Assembly: GCA_963666515.2 (NCBI GenBank)
Contig: OY762897.2
Location: forward strand, 1,856,001-1,920,000
Direction: 5' to 3'
Source: Candidatus Binatia bacterium
Lineage (GTDB): Bacteria > Desulfobacterota > Binatia > UBA9968 > JAJDTQ01
Length of the DNA stretch: 64,000 nucleotides
The position numbers and the translations under genes were made by a program. The notes under the pieces were generated by a model. It had not been told where the DNA came from. It saw only the letters and a list, made by a program, of their open reading frames with translations, and did no database searches. This document shows, one piece after another, positions 46,470 to 57,038 of this stretch (positions within the stretch are counted from its first letter, which is position 1; the number at the start of each line of letters is the position of its first letter).

Positions 46470-47570
46470 CTACACCCGCGCCGCCACCCAGTCGTGCATG
46501 AAGGGGAAGATCTCGGCGTGGTTGTCGTAGGAGCAGTGGACGGCGCCGGGCTCACCCGAGCGGAGGAAGCGTAGCTCCTTCTCGCACTTGGCTTCTTCGT
46601 AGGTCTGGTGGACGCAGCGGGGGTCGGTGATGACGTCGTCCTCGCCGTGGAGGATCAGCAGCGGGCATTCGACCTTTTCGATGCTGCCGGCGAGGGTGAA
46701 CTGGCTCAGGCGGTGGCGGACCTCGTCTTCGGTGGTTGACCCGGTGATCCAGCGGAACTGTCCTCTCAGGGGCTCGTAGAACTCGTAGATGTCGCGGTAG
46801 CAGTCGTAGGGTCCGAAGTGGGAGACGCAGCACTTGACGCGTTTCTCGTAGGCTGCGGCACGGGTCACGTAGTAGCCGCCCATGCTCATGCCCATGAGGG
46901 CGACGCGGTTCATGTCCACGTCGCCGCGGGTTTCGAGGTAGTCCACCATGGCCGTTATCGGCCGCTCGAAGTCGGGGATGGCCAAGCTGTTGCGCAGCCG
47001 GAGCATGCCGCCGCGTCCGGGTCCGTCCACGATGAGCAGGGCGAGGCCCCGCTTGGCCGCCTCGGGGCCGCCGACGAAGTAGACCTCCTCCGCGGTGGAA
47101 TCGGCGCCCCCGGTGAAGATCAGCACCGGCGGCTTCTCGCCGGCAGAGGCCTGGGCGTGGAAGAAATAGCCGGGCATGGAGGTGTCCTCGTAGGGCACCT
47201 CGACACGCTCGATGTCGGGCGACAACTCCGCGGCGGCGTGGAAGCTCTCAGCGGACTTGCGGTAGGTGGGGACCTTCCTGTCGTCGGTGAACGGCAGGAG
47301 GAACTCGGCGACCCGGTAGTAGTTGGCGGCGCGGAAGAAGGCCTTGCGCGCGCTTTCGGGACGGCCGCCGGCCTGTTGCTCCCGGCCGTGGGCGGCGACC
47401 CGGTCTGCGGTCTCACGCCACTCGGCGTGCCAGCTCTCGGTGTCGCCGGGCTTGATTCGCTGAACGGTGCGGTGGATCTCGTTGAACTCGCCGCCGCCGT
47501 AGTAGCTTTCGGCCAGCAGCCGGATGCACGCGAAGGACCAGCTTCGGTTCCCGGGGAAGAATTCGAACAT
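46470..47570 (-). CDS. Alpha/beta hydrolase (FrsA / 2,6-dihydroxypseudooxynicotine hydrolase-like)
   Basis: RAANYYR, GGADSTAEE, DGPGRG, GMSMGG, HGEDD, GAVHC. Confidence 0.85.
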   Translation of the reverse strand: MFEFFPGNRSWSFACIRLLAESYYGGGEFNEIHRTVQRIKPGDTESWHAEWRETADRVAAHGREQQAGGRPESARKAFFRAANYYRVAEFLLPFTDDRKVPTYRKSAESFHAAAELSPDIERVEVPYEDTSMPGYFFHAQASAGEKPPVLIFTGGADSTAEEVYFVGGPEAAKRGLALLIVDGPGRGGMLRLRNSLAIPDFERPITAMVDYLETRGDVDMNRVALMGMSMGGYYVTRAAAYEKRVKCCVSHFGPYDCYRDIYEFYEPLRGQFRWITGSTTEDEVRHRLSQFTLAGSIEKVECPLLILHGEDDVITDPRCVHQTYEEAKCEKELRFLRSGEPGAVHCSYDNHAEIFPFMHDWVAARV

Positions 47571-47605
47571 GGCCCTTCGCGTCGTTCCGGCGCTGCCCTT
47601 TCAGG

Positions 47606-48646
47606 CTACTGGTAGAGCGCCTGAATGCGCTTCGTCCACGCGTCCTTGTTGTTGCTCACCTCGTGGGCGATGATCTCCGGCGCCTTGGCGAAGAACTTGA
47701 CGCCCTTGAGCTCCTCGATGAGGGATCCCCTCGGCTTCATGGTGCTGTCGGCCGGGATCAGACCCTCGGCGACAAAGTGCTTCTGTCCCTCGGCGCTGAT
47801 GCAGAACTCCATGAACAGCTTGGCGGCGTTGGGGTGAGGCGCCTTCCCGTGGATCGCCAGCATGTTGGGCCACCAGATGGCCGGCTCCCGGAACGTGGAG
47901 TAGCCGAGCCCGGGATAGCTCCGGCCGAAGGTGAACGGCGTGTACGGCAGGGTGAAGATTCCCAGCGGGAACTCCTTGAGCCCCACCGCCTGGTGGAGCG
48001 GCCCCCACTTGGGCTCGTAGCGCCCCACGTTGACCTTGAACGCCTTCCAGAAGTTGGCCCACTTCTCCTCGTTGCCGCCGAACCATGCCTGCAACGACGC
48101 GATGTGAACGAGGTAGTTGGACCCCAGCCACGGCGTGCGCGAGATGATCTTGCCCTTGTACTTGGGCTTGATCAACTCCTGGATGCTGCGCGGCGCCTGC
48201 TCCGGCGGGATCAGATCCTTGTTGTAGGACGCGCCCACCACGTGGATGAAGATCGGCACCAGGTTCCAGTCCTTCGGCAACGCCTCCATGTGATGCGCGA
48301 CCTTCTCGTAGCCGGCGGGCTTGTAGCTCTGTGTCAGGTGGTTGAGTCCGCTCAACGGACCGGGGGAGGCGCCGAACATGTCGATGGCCGCTATCCCCGC
48401 CTGGGATTCCTGGCTCACCGTACGGAGAACGCCGGGCGCGCCCACGTAAGTGCCTTCCACCGTGATGCCGTACTTCTTCTGGAAGGATTCGGCAGCCTTC
48501 CGGAAGCTGGAGAACGTGATCAGCCGCAGCTTGCCTTCCTTCTTGGCCGCGGCTATCAACTCCGCGCTCGACGCCAGCGCTATGCCGGAGAGGCAGAGGA
48601 CAAGGCCGAGTGACAGCGCCATCGCCTTCGTGATCGTGCTTCGCAT
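47606..48646 (-). CDS. ABC substrate-binding protein (Fe3+/AfuA-like family)
   Basis: Signal peptide; AAKKEGKL; APHPNAAKLF. Confidence 0.85.
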   Translation of the reverse strand: MRSTITKAMALSLGLVLCLSGIALASSAELIAAAKKEGKLRLITFSSFRKAAESFQKKYGITVEGTYVGAPGVLRTVSQESQAGIAAIDMFGASPGPLSGLNHLTQSYKPAGYEKVAHHMEALPKDWNLVPIFIHVVGASYNKDLIPPEQAPRSIQELIKPKYKGKIISRTPWLGSNYLVHIASLQAWFGGNEEKWANFWKAFKVNVGRYEPKWGPLHQAVGLKEFPLGIFTLPYTPFTFGRSYPGLGYSTFREPAIWWPNMLAIHGKAPHPNAAKLFMEFCISAEGQKHFVAEGLIPADSTMKPRGSLIEELKGVKFFAKAPEIIAHEVSNNKDAWTKRIQALYQ

Positions 48647-48726
48647 GAGAACCTCCCTTAGAGATCGAGATTTGTCGCCCACACTATAAATCCACGCGGT
48701 GGGCGTCAAGGCCCAACCCCGCTCCT

Positions 48727-48756
48727 CCTGGATTCCGGGTCAAGCCCGGAATGACG
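48727..48756 (+). repeat. REP-like family A
   Basis: CCTGGATTCCGGGTCAAGCCCGGAATGACG. Confidence 0.85.
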
Positions 48757-48796
48757 AATTTGGCGAGCCCACCGGCCTGTCCACCGCGTCAGCGAG

Positions 48797-49681
48797 CTAC
48801 GACACGAACGCCGTAGACAGGTCCACTCGCCCCTCCAGCCGTCCGGTCTCGATGAGCATCTCCATGGTGGCTTCCGCTTCCTTGCGCTCGGTGTCGGTGA
48901 AGGTGAACTCGATCTTGGGGTAGCCGGCGGAGGCCAGGATGTCCTGCTTGTCGCCGCCGTACTTCGCGATAAAGCGGTCGGCCACCTCTTCGAGATTGGC
49001 GTCGCTGTAGGCGATGGACTTGCGGCAGGCGTCGAGGATCTGGCCGGCGAACTCGGGGTGTTCCTGCAAAAGGTCCTCGCGGGTGGCGAGCATGTGCTTG
49101 ATGATCTCAGGAAGGCCGTGGAGGCCGCGCCAAGCGTCGCCGTCGGTGTAGAGGCAGCGGACGTCCGGGTCCTTCTCGCCGTGCCAGAAGATCTGGTCGA
49201 TGAGCGTCACGGCGTCGGCCTTGCGTTCCTTGAGGATCGAAAGCAGTTCCTCCTGGGGATGGGACTCCCAGCGGATGGTGGAGTCGTCCACCTTGTAGTG
49301 CTTGCGCAGAAGGAAGCAATGCATGGCATGGGGGTCGGAGTGGTGGCTGGCGATGAGCCGCCCCTCCAGGTCCTTGGGGGTCTGCACCGGTCCGTCCTTG
49401 AGCACGAAGACGCCGTTGCCCTTGGCGGTGGACTTCCACTCGGTGGAGAGGCCGACGATGGGTGCCCCGCCGAGCTTCCGCTTCAGGAAGTTGGGCAGAT
49501 AGATGTTGGCGAACGCCACCTCGCCCCGGATCAGCACTTCCTCCAGCTCGTGGCTAGGCGGGTCGGCGACCTCGATGACCTTGAGGTCGAAACCCTCGGG
49601 CTTCACGATGCCCTCGGCGAGGGCGTAATAGGTGCGGAACATGCAGAAACGGTTGCGGTAGTGTGCGAGTGTCAGTTCCAT
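48797..49681 (-). CDS. Cytoplasmic periplasmic-binding-fold protein (MqnA/MqnD/4,5-dihydroxyphthalate decarboxylase-like)
   Basis: No signal peptide; ALAEGIVKPEGFDL and TPKDLEGRLIA segments. Confidence 0.65.
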   Translation of the reverse strand: MELTLAHYRNRFCMFRTYYALAEGIVKPEGFDLKVIEVADPPSHELEEVLIRGEVAFANIYLPNFLKRKLGGAPIVGLSTEWKSTAKGNGVFVLKDGPVQTPKDLEGRLIASHHSDPHAMHCFLLRKHYKVDDSTIRWESHPQEELLSILKERKADAVTLIDQIFWHGEKDPDVRCLYTDGDAWRGLHGLPEIIKHMLATREDLLQEHPEFAGQILDACRKSIAYSDANLEEVADRFIAKYGGDKQDILASAGYPKIEFTFTDTERKEAEATMEMLIETGRLEGRVDLSTAFVS

Positions 49682-49782
49682 GGGGACTCCTTGCCGGGAC
49701 GCGCGCACGCGCCTCCGGCTTCAACGGAAGCGGGCGGCCCGTGCATGACGCGCGGCCGCCCGCTCTTGCCGTGCGGTTCCGG

Positions 49783-51021
49783 TCAGTCCAGGCCGAGCTC
49801 CGCCCGGGTCTTGCTGCAGATATCGAGCGCCGCCAGAGCGTAGGCACTGCTGCAACGCTCCATGTTCCTGATGCCCACGCCCCGGCGGGTGCCGGAGGGC
49901 CGGTCCCACTCAGCGCCGGTCTCCTGCTCGTCCGGGTCAACCAAGTGGGTGCCGAAGCCGGCGCCGTAGGTGATCACCGACACGCCGTACTGGTTGATGC
50001 GCGAGCCGTCCGAGGTGATGCCGTAGCGCACCGGCTCGGAGAACTCCATGGCGCTACCGTTGACCTCCTGGTGGGCCGCTCCCATGGCCTTGACCACGTA
50101 GTCGGTATCGGGGATCTCGTAGCCGCCGGTGGAGAGGTAGAGCTTCACACGGGTGTCGATGTCCCCTTCCTTCTCGGCAACCGCGGCGGCGACCTTCTCC
50201 AGCTCCCGCTGGATCTTCATGGTGGGAACGTCGGGCAGCGTCTTGACGATGACGTAGATCTTGCACACCGGGTTGGTGCCGGGCTTGAAGGGGTTGCCGC
50301 CGTCGATGGCGCCGATCTGCACGGTGGGGAGCATGAACGGGTGCGGGAACATTTTCTGGTAGTCGGCTTCCCACGCCTGGATCCCCTTGCATACCTCGAA
50401 CGCCTTCATGACGAAGGTCTTGGCCGGCCCCTCCACGGTCACCTCGGCCCACACCAGGCCGGCGTTGCCGATCTGCATACGCAGGCCGGTGGGCTCGCCG
50501 ATGATGCACATGTCCGCGGTGACGCCGTGGTCCATGAGGTAACGGGCGCCCACTCCGGCGCCCCGGTAGCTCTTGCCGTGGAACCGGTTGACCTGGGCCT
50601 TCTCGATCTCGCCCACCACCCCCGAGATGATGATGTCGCCCTTGAGTTCCGCCCCGGCCTTGACGAGCATGTCCACCGCGGTGATGTAGCAGGGGAACGC
50701 GCACTTCATGTTCACCAGGCCGCGGCCGTAAACCCGGTCTTCGGTCACGCGGGTTGGCTCGGGGTTGTCGAAGTGGTCCATGTGGCCGTTGAACATCAGC
50801 GCCGGCCCGCCACCCGACCCGCGCAGCGTGCCGATGACGTTTTTCCGTCCCTCCTCCACCTCCTGGTATTCCACCTCCATGCCCAGGCGCTCGAACTCGC
50901 GTCCCAGGTACTCCGCCACCGGGATTTCCTCGCCGGTGATCGTGACGATGTCGGCGAGGTCCCGGGTCATCTCCACCAGATGGGCGCGGTCGAGTTGCGC
51001 CAACACTTGCTTGCTGTCCAT
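49783..51021 (-). CDS. M20 (ArgE/DapE-like) metallo-hydrolase with atypical ligands
   Basis: NGHMDH, YGRGLVNMK, GEIEK, IIGEPT. Confidence 0.85.
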   Translation of the reverse strand: MDSKQVLAQLDRAHLVEMTRDLADIVTITGEEIPVAEYLGREFERLGMEVEYQEVEEGRKNVIGTLRGSGGGPALMFNGHMDHFDNPEPTRVTEDRVYGRGLVNMKCAFPCYITAVDMLVKAGAELKGDIIISGVVGEIEKAQVNRFHGKSYRGAGVGARYLMDHGVTADMCIIGEPTGLRMQIGNAGLVWAEVTVEGPAKTFVMKAFEVCKGIQAWEADYQKMFPHPFMLPTVQIGAIDGGNPFKPGTNPVCKIYVIVKTLPDVPTMKIQRELEKVAAAVAEKEGDIDTRVKLYLSTGGYEIPDTDYVVKAMGAAHQEVNGSAMEFSEPVRYGITSDGSRINQYGVSVITYGAGFGTHLVDPDEQETGAEWDRPSGTRRGVGIRNMERCSSAYALAALDICSKTRAELGLD

Positions 51022-51035
51022 TTGATCGAACCTCC

Positions 51036-51431
51036 TTAATCTTTCTCATGCCTTAGTGACAGAGAGTTAATACAATACCTCAGATATGTCGGCGACGGAC
51101 CGTCGTCGAAAACGTGCCCCAGGTGGGCGTCGCAGACACGGCAGAGCACTTCCACCCGGCGCATGCCGTAGGAACGGTCTTCCTTGGTGGCGACGTTCTC
51201 CTCGTCCACCGGCGCCCAGAAGCTGGGCCAGCCGGTGCCCGACTCGAACTTGGTGGCGGCGTCGAACAGGTCCGCGCCACAGCAGACGCAACGGTAGATC
51301 CCGGGCTCCTTGGAAGCGTGGTATTTGCCCGTGAACGGGCGCTCGGTGGCCTGCTTCCGCGTCACCAGGAACTCTTCGTCGGTGAGCTGCTGGCGCCACT
51401 CTTCATCGGTCTTGACGACTTTGTCCTTCAT
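51036..51431 (-). CDS. msrB: Peptide-methionine (R)-S-oxide reductase
   Basis: [27 protein letters not shown]. Confidence 0.96.
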   Translation of the reverse strand: MKDKVVKTDEEWRQQLTDEEFLVTRKQATERPFTGKYHASKEPGIYRCVCCGADLFDAATKFESGTGWPSFWAPVDEENVATKEDRSYGMRRVEVLCRVCDAHLGHVFDDGPSPTYLRYCINSLSLRHEKD

Positions 51432-51499
51432 CGAACGCGACCTCCGAGCCCTTACATATAGGCGTTTGACGGAAAGAAAGCGAATCCGCCCCCGCCGCC

Positions 51500-52387
51500 T
51501 CACTTCACGATCAGCAGGGCCGTGCCCAGCACGATGGTCAGGGCGCCCGCCGCCACCTTCCAGTTGACCGACTCGTGGGCCTGCAGGAAGAGCCACGACA
51601 CCAGCAGCACGAACAGCGGCCGGGACTGCGCGATGGGCTGCACCACCACCACCGGTGCGTACTTGAGCGCGAAATAGCCGCAGGTGGTGCCGATGGCGGA
51701 CACCAGCCCCACCAGCCAGATGTAGCGCCAATGCCGCGGGGTCCAGTCGGCGACGCTGCGCAGCGGCCGGTTCCAGATGGCGGGCAGGAAGCTCGGCAGC
51801 GCGATGAGGCTGGCGTAGAAATTGGCGCCCAGGGGCGACGAGAACTCGTGCACCACCACCCGGGTCAGGGCCGCGGAGACGGCCATGGCAAGGGCGCTGC
51901 CCAGCGCGAAGGCCATGCCGGCGACGTAGCGGGTCCACGTCTGGCCGGCGGCGCCTTGGGCGCGGCTCATGGCTACCAGCACGCAGCCGCCCACCACCAG
52001 GACGGCCCCGGCCGTCAGGAGATACGTCAGGTTCTCCGCAAGGAAGAACACGCCGATGAACATGGCGAAGAACACGTTGGTGGCGCTGAAGCTGCTGGAC
52101 CGGGCGGCGCCGATGTACTTGATGGCGGTGAACAGGGTGGTGCGGCCCACGGTGATGCGGAGGATCCCGGCCAGCCCGATCATGAACAGCGGCCATCCCC
52201 AACCCGGGAAGCCCGCGTGGAGGTCGCCGTTCAACAGAGCGGCGACGGTCAGCACCGCCAAGCCGGTGAACGCCGTGGCCGCGGTGCCCAGCACCGGATC
52301 GATGTCGTGGGTGGCCATGCGGCCGAAAATGTCCCGCAACGCCAGGAAGAACGCGGTGCCCAAGGCGTAGACGATGGCGATGTCCAT
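51500..52387 (-). CDS. DMT/EamA family transporter
   Basis: About 10 TMs in two repeats. Confidence 0.85.
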   Translation of the reverse strand: MDIAIVYALGTAFFLALRDIFGRMATHDIDPVLGTAATAFTGLAVLTVAALLNGDLHAGFPGWGWPLFMIGLAGILRITVGRTTLFTAIKYIGAARSSSFSATNVFFAMFIGVFFLAENLTYLLTAGAVLVVGGCVLVAMSRAQGAAGQTWTRYVAGMAFALGSALAMAVSAALTRVVVHEFSSPLGANFYASLIALPSFLPAIWNRPLRSVADWTPRHWRYIWLVGLVSAIGTTCGYFALKYAPVVVVQPIAQSRPLFVLLVSWLFLQAHESVNWKVAAGALTIVLGTALLIVK

Positions 52388-52453
52388 GACGGTTAGATGT
52401 AGCACGCCGGGGCGGATTCGTAACCACGGCGAGGCCGACCCTGCCCCGCCCCT

Positions 52454-52482
52454 CCTGGATTCCGGCTTTCGCCGGAATGACG
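52454..52482 (+). repeat. REP-like family A
   Basis: CCTGGATTCCGGCTTTCGCCGGAATGACG. Confidence 0.85.
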
Positions 52483-52561
52483 GAGAGGGGGAATCACGGT
52501 TGATCGACACAACCGAAACGGCTATACCCCTCCAAACTCAAACCTGCCGCAGGGAGCCGCC

Positions 52562-53023
52562 ATGAACTTCGAGGGCACTATTAACGTAGAACATCCGCGA
52601 GATGCCGTGTGGGACTTCGTGCTGGACATCGACAAGTTCTCGGGCTGCATGCCGGGTCTCGATTCCATCGACAAGATCGACGACACCACCTTCGACGGCG
52701 TCATCAGCGCCAAGGTGGGACCCATGTCGGGCAAGTTCAACTTCCGCTCCACCATCACCGACAGCAATCCCAAGGAAGCCCTCACCGTGAAGATCGAGGG
52801 CAACGACTCCGTCACCAAGAGCACGGTGGTGGCGGGCGTGGACGCGCGCATGGAAGAGCCTCGCGAGAACTGCACCGAGCTCGTGTACAAGGCGCAGGTG
52901 GAGATCAAGGGGCGGCTGGCCATCGTCGGCGACATGATCCTGCGCGCCACCACTTCGCTCATCCTGGAAGAGTTCCGCAAGCGCTTGAGCAAGGCGCTGG
53001 ACGACGAGGCCGCCAAGGCCTGA
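52562..53023 (+). CDS. coxG: CoxG/SRPBCC domain protein
   Basis: VWDFVLD..CMPG, KVGPM, GRLA. Confidence 0.8.
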   Translation: MNFEGTINVEHPRDAVWDFVLDIDKFSGCMPGLDSIDKIDDTTFDGVISAKVGPMSGKFNFRSTITDSNPKEALTVKIEGNDSVTKSTVVAGVDARMEEPRENCTELVYKAQVEIKGRLAIVGDMILRATTSLILEEFRKRLSKALDDEAAKA

Positions 53024-53056
53024 AGCGGACGACACCACAACGAAAGGGCATCTCGC

Positions 53057-54574
53057 ATGGCCGACCACTACGACGTCATCATCATCGGCGGAGGCTCCGC
53101 GGGCTGCGCCGCGGCCAGCCGCCTCTCCGAGGACCCGGGGCGCAAGGTGTTGCTGCTGGAGGCGGGGCCGGACCCGCAACCCATTCCCGAGATGGTGGCC
53201 GAAGCCCAGAACCAAGTGCGGCTGCTGCTGGAGACCGACTATCTGGCCATGTACCCCAGCCCTCGCGACCTCGACGGCAGCATCTGCTACAAGCTCGCCG
53301 GCCGGATCATGGGCGGCGGCTCGTCGGTGAACGTCATGGCCGCGCCCCGGCCCATGAAGGCCGACATGGACAACTGGGTAGCCGCCGGCAACCCGGACTG
53401 GTCCTGGGAGAAGGTGCTACCGGTGCTCAAGCGGCTGGAATCCGACCAGGACTTCCCGGACAGCCCGCTCCACGGCAACGACGGCCCGCTCTACGTGAAG
53501 CGCCCGTTCACCTTCGACACCCCCGGCACGGCCGACCCCGTCCAGGCGTTCATCGAGGCCGGCCAGCAGAAGGGCCTGCCGCTCCTGGAGGACACCAACA
53601 TTCCCGACCCCGAGGGCGTGGGGCACCCGCCCTTCAGCATCAAGGACGGCAAGCGCCAGTCCACGGTGGTGGCGTACCTGGACCCGGCGCGCGGACGCGA
53701 CAACCTCACCATCGTCGCCGAGGCCCAGGTCCAGAAGCTGGACATCGAAGGCAACCGGGTGACCGGCGTGAGCTACGAGAAGAACGGCCGCCAGGAGACC
53801 GTTTCCGGCAACCAGGTGGTGGTGAGCGCCGGGGTCTACTACTCCGCCCAGCTCCTCATGCTGTCGGGCATCGGCCGCGCCGAGGACTTGAAGAAGGTGG
53901 GCATCGAGGTGGTCAGGGACATGCCCGGCGTGGGCCGGAACTACCAGGACCACGCGGTGGTGTTCATGACCTTCGAGTGCAAGGAGGAGTTCGACGCCGA
54001 CTGGATCATCCCGCGCATCCGCTACATCTACAAGAGCCATGCGGACCGAGACTGCTCCAACTTCCACATCTCGCTACGGCCGCCGACCCAGATCGAGGGC
54101 ATCAAGCCCACCATCCCGCTGTCGGCGTCGCTGCTGGAGCAGATGAACCGCGGCCGCCTCTACCTCCAGAGCAGCGACCCACGGGAGTTCCCGGTGATCG
54201 AATCCGCCATGCTGGAGCACCAGCAGGACATCGACTCCATGACCAGGGCCATGGAGTTCATCAAGGAGATCACCGAGACCCCGCCCATGCGTGAGCTTTA
54301 CGGCGATTTGCTCACCCCCGGTCCCGGCGAGGACTGGGTGAAGTTCGCCAAGGCCACCTACGACAGCTACCACCACGGCGTCGGCACCTGCCTCATGGCG
54401 CCTGCGTCCAACCCCGAGGCGGTGGTGGATCAGACCCTCAAGGTGCACGGCATGGACAACCTCTGGGTCGCCGACGCCTCCATCATGCCCACGGTGGTGC
54501 ACGCCAACACCAACGTCACCTGCATCATGATCGGCGAGCGCGTGTCGGATTTTGTGAAGGCGGCGGGCGGGTAG
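53057..54574 (+). CDS. GMC family oxidoreductase
   Basis: IGGGSAG, LLLEAG, GGGSSVN, LSGIG, YHHGVGTC, ADASIMP. Confidence 0.93.
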   Translation: MADHYDVIIIGGGSAGCAAASRLSEDPGRKVLLLEAGPDPQPIPEMVAEAQNQVRLLLETDYLAMYPSPRDLDGSICYKLAGRIMGGGSSVNVMAAPRPMKADMDNWVAAGNPDWSWEKVLPVLKRLESDQDFPDSPLHGNDGPLYVKRPFTFDTPGTADPVQAFIEAGQQKGLPLLEDTNIPDPEGVGHPPFSIKDGKRQSTVVAYLDPARGRDNLTIVAEAQVQKLDIEGNRVTGVSYEKNGRQETVSGNQVVVSAGVYYSAQLLMLSGIGRAEDLKKVGIEVVRDMPGVGRNYQDHAVVFMTFECKEEFDADWIIPRIRYIYKSHADRDCSNFHISLRPPTQIEGIKPTIPLSASLLEQMNRGRLYLQSSDPREFPVIESAMLEHQQDIDSMTRAMEFIKEITETPPMRELYGDLLTPGPGEDWVKFAKATYDSYHHGVGTCLMAPASNPEAVVDQTLKVHGMDNLWVADASIMPTVVHANTNVTCIMIGERVSDFVKAAGG

Positions 54575-54575
54575 C

Positions 54576-56261
54576 TCAGTCTCTCGTCAGCCTGCGATAC
54601 CGCATGCGGTGGGGCTGGTCGGCTTCCTTGCCGAGGCGCCGGCGGCGGTCCGTCTCGTAGTCACTGTAGTTCCCCTCGAACCAGACCACTTGGCTGTCGC
54701 CCTCGAAAGCCAGGATGTGGGTGGCGATGCGGTCCAGGAACCAGCGGTCGTGGCTCACCACGACGCACGATCCCCCGAACTCCACCAGCCCATCTTCCAG
54801 CGCCCGCATGGTGTTGACGTCGAGGTCGTTGGTAGGCTCGTCCAGCAATAACAGATTGGCCTCTTCCTTGAGCATCCGGGCCAAGTGAACGCGGTTGCGC
54901 TCGCCGCCCGAAAGGTCGCCGACCTTCTTCTGCTGGTCCTGTCCCGAAAAATTGAACCGCCCCACGTAGGCGCGGGAGTTGACTTCGCGCTTGCCCAGCA
55001 GGATCTGGTCCTGGCCGTCCGATATCGCTTCCCACACCGTGTGCTCGTCGTTCAGCGTGCGGCTCTGGTCCACGTAGCCGACCCTGACCGTCTCGCCGAT
55101 GCGGAACGAGCCGGACCGGCATTCCAGGCCGCCGGTGACGATGCGCAGCAGCGTAGTCTTGCCCGAACCGTTGGGGCCGATGACGCCGACGATGGCGCCG
55201 GGCGGCATGATGAAGCTCAGATCCTCGAACAGGAGGCGGTCGCCGAACCCGTGGGTGAGGCTGTCCGCCTGGAGCACCACGTCGCCCAGGCGCGGCCCCG
55301 GCGGGATGTAGATCTCCAGGTCCTCCTGCGCGCCCTCCTGCTCCTGGCCCAGCATCTGCTCGTAGCGCGTCAACCGCGCCTTGCCCTTGGCCTGGCGCGC
55401 CCGGGGCGACATGCGTATCCATTCCAGCTCCCGCTCCAGGGTCTTGCGGCGCCGGGTCGCGGTCTTCTCCTCCTTCTCCAGGCGCGCCTGCTTCTGCTCC
55501 AGCCACGAGGAGTAGTTGCCCTCGAAGGGGATGCCGTGGCCCCGGTCCAGTTCCAGGATCCATCCGGCGACGTTGTCCAGGAAATAGCGGTCGTGGGTCA
55601 CGGCGATGACCGTGCCCTCGTAGCGCGCCAGGTGCTGCTCCAGCCACTGCACGGATTCCGCGTCCAGGTGGTTGGTGGGCTCGTCCAGCAGCAGGATGTC
55701 CGGCTCCTGGATCAGCAGCCGGCACAGCGCCACGCGCCGGCGCTCGCCTCCGGAGAGCACGTCCACCTTCGTCTCCGGCGGCGGACAGCGGAGCGCGTCC
55801 ATGGCCACCTCCAGTTGGCTCTCCAGCTCCCAGCCGTTGCCCGCCTCGATTTCATCCTGGAGCTTCGCCTGCTGCTCCAGCAGCGCGTCCATGTCGTCCG
55901 CGCTCATCTCCTCCGCGAACCGGGCGCTGACGGCCTCGTATTCCGCCAGCAACCCCATCATCCGGGAGCAGCCCTCCTCCACCACTTCCTTGACGGTCTT
56001 GTCGGCATCCATCTGCGGTTCCTGCTCCAGCAAACCCACGGAGTAGCCCTTGGAGAACGTGATCTCTCCCAGGTACTCCTGTTCCACCCCGGCGATGATC
56101 CGGAGCAGCGTGCTCTTGCCCGACCCGTTGAGGCCCAGCACCCCGATCTTGGCGCCGTAGAAGAACGACAGGTAGATGTCCTTCAGCACCTGCCGCTTGG
56201 GAGGATGGACCTTGCCCACCCCGATGAGCGAGAAAATCACCTGCCTGTCGTCGTTGCTCAT
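54576..56261 (-). CDS. ettA: Energy-dependent translational throttle protein (ABC-F)
   Basis: LSFFYGAKIGVLGLNGSGKST, ELEWIR, two ABC domains, HILAFEG. Confidence 0.96.
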   Translation of the reverse strand: MSNDDRQVIFSLIGVGKVHPPKRQVLKDIYLSFFYGAKIGVLGLNGSGKSTLLRIIAGVEQEYLGEITFSKGYSVGLLEQEPQMDADKTVKEVVEEGCSRMMGLLAEYEAVSARFAEEMSADDMDALLEQQAKLQDEIEAGNGWELESQLEVAMDALRCPPPETKVDVLSGGERRRVALCRLLIQEPDILLLDEPTNHLDAESVQWLEQHLARYEGTVIAVTHDRYFLDNVAGWILELDRGHGIPFEGNYSSWLEQKQARLEKEEKTATRRRKTLERELEWIRMSPRARQAKGKARLTRYEQMLGQEQEGAQEDLEIYIPPGPRLGDVVLQADSLTHGFGDRLLFEDLSFIMPPGAIVGVIGPNGSGKTTLLRIVTGGLECRSGSFRIGETVRVGYVDQSRTLNDEHTVWEAISDGQDQILLGKREVNSRAYVGRFNFSGQDQQKKVGDLSGGERNRVHLARMLKEEANLLLLDEPTNDLDVNTMRALEDGLVEFGGSCVVVSHDRWFLDRIATHILAFEGDSQVVWFEGNYSDYETDRRRRLGKEADQPHRMRYRRLTRD

Positions 56262-56342
56262 GAATCCTCCCGCCGCCGGGTTTGCAGACCCCCGCCGGCA
56301 ACCTTACTATACTATTGCCCCGGAAAGCCGCGGAGCCGCAAC

Positions 56343-56984
56343 ATGATCACCTACCCGCTGCCGCCGCAAGCCTTCGCCCGCATCGACGAGTCGCCGGACG
56401 AGGAATTCTACCAGGAGCCCCGCCTGGTGACCCATATCGACGAGCGCGCGATCGCCGCGGTCACCCGACTCTACCGGGAAACCCTGCCGGCCGGAGGCGC
56501 GGTCCTGGACCTGATGAGCAGTTGGATCAGCCACCTGCCGCCGGAGATGAGCTTCAGGAGAGTCGTGGGGCTGGGCATGAACGAGCAGGAGCTTCGGGCC
56601 AATCCCCGCCTCCACGCCTGCACGGTCCACAACCTCAACGACGACCCCTCCCTGCCCTACGCCGGCGGCGAGTTCGACGCCGCCTGCATCTGCGTCTCCG
56701 TGGACTACCTGGTGAAGCCGGTGCAGGTGATCCGCGACATCGGGCGCGTGCTGACGCCGGGCGGCCCGCTGGTCATCACCTTCTCCAACCGCTGCTTCCC
56801 CACCAAGGCCGTGGCCATCTGGAATCGCCTGACGGGCGCGGGACAGCAGCAGCTCGTGGAATCCTACCTTACCGAGGCCGGCAATTGGGACAACGTGCGA
56901 TCGCTCACGCCCGTCCCGGAGGACTTCCGGGGAGACCCCCTTTTCGCCGTGCTCGGAAACCGCGCCCACGACGCCACCGGCTGA
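56343..56984 (+). CDS. SAM-dependent methyltransferase (type 11)
   Basis: FYQEPRLVTHID, LDLMSSWISHLP, FSNRCFPTKA. Confidence 0.9.
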   Translation: MITYPLPPQAFARIDESPDEEFYQEPRLVTHIDERAIAAVTRLYRETLPAGGAVLDLMSSWISHLPPEMSFRRVVGLGMNEQELRANPRLHACTVHNLNDDPSLPYAGGEFDAACICVSVDYLVKPVQVIRDIGRVLTPGGPLVITFSNRCFPTKAVAIWNRLTGAGQQQLVESYLTEAGNWDNVRSLTPVPEDFRGDPLFAVLGNRAHDATG

Positions 56985-57038
56985 CAAGGAGCCCGCGGAG
57001 TCGGGTTACGCCTTCGCCCAACCCGACCCGCCTGCCGC

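Noticed and set aside
51036-52427. 463-aa MsrB fusion in the ORF track (likewise the 735-aa BtuF-like, 699-aa methyltransferase and 526-aa LivM ORFs)
   Set aside because: N-terminal extensions overlap other real genes; true starts lie downstream
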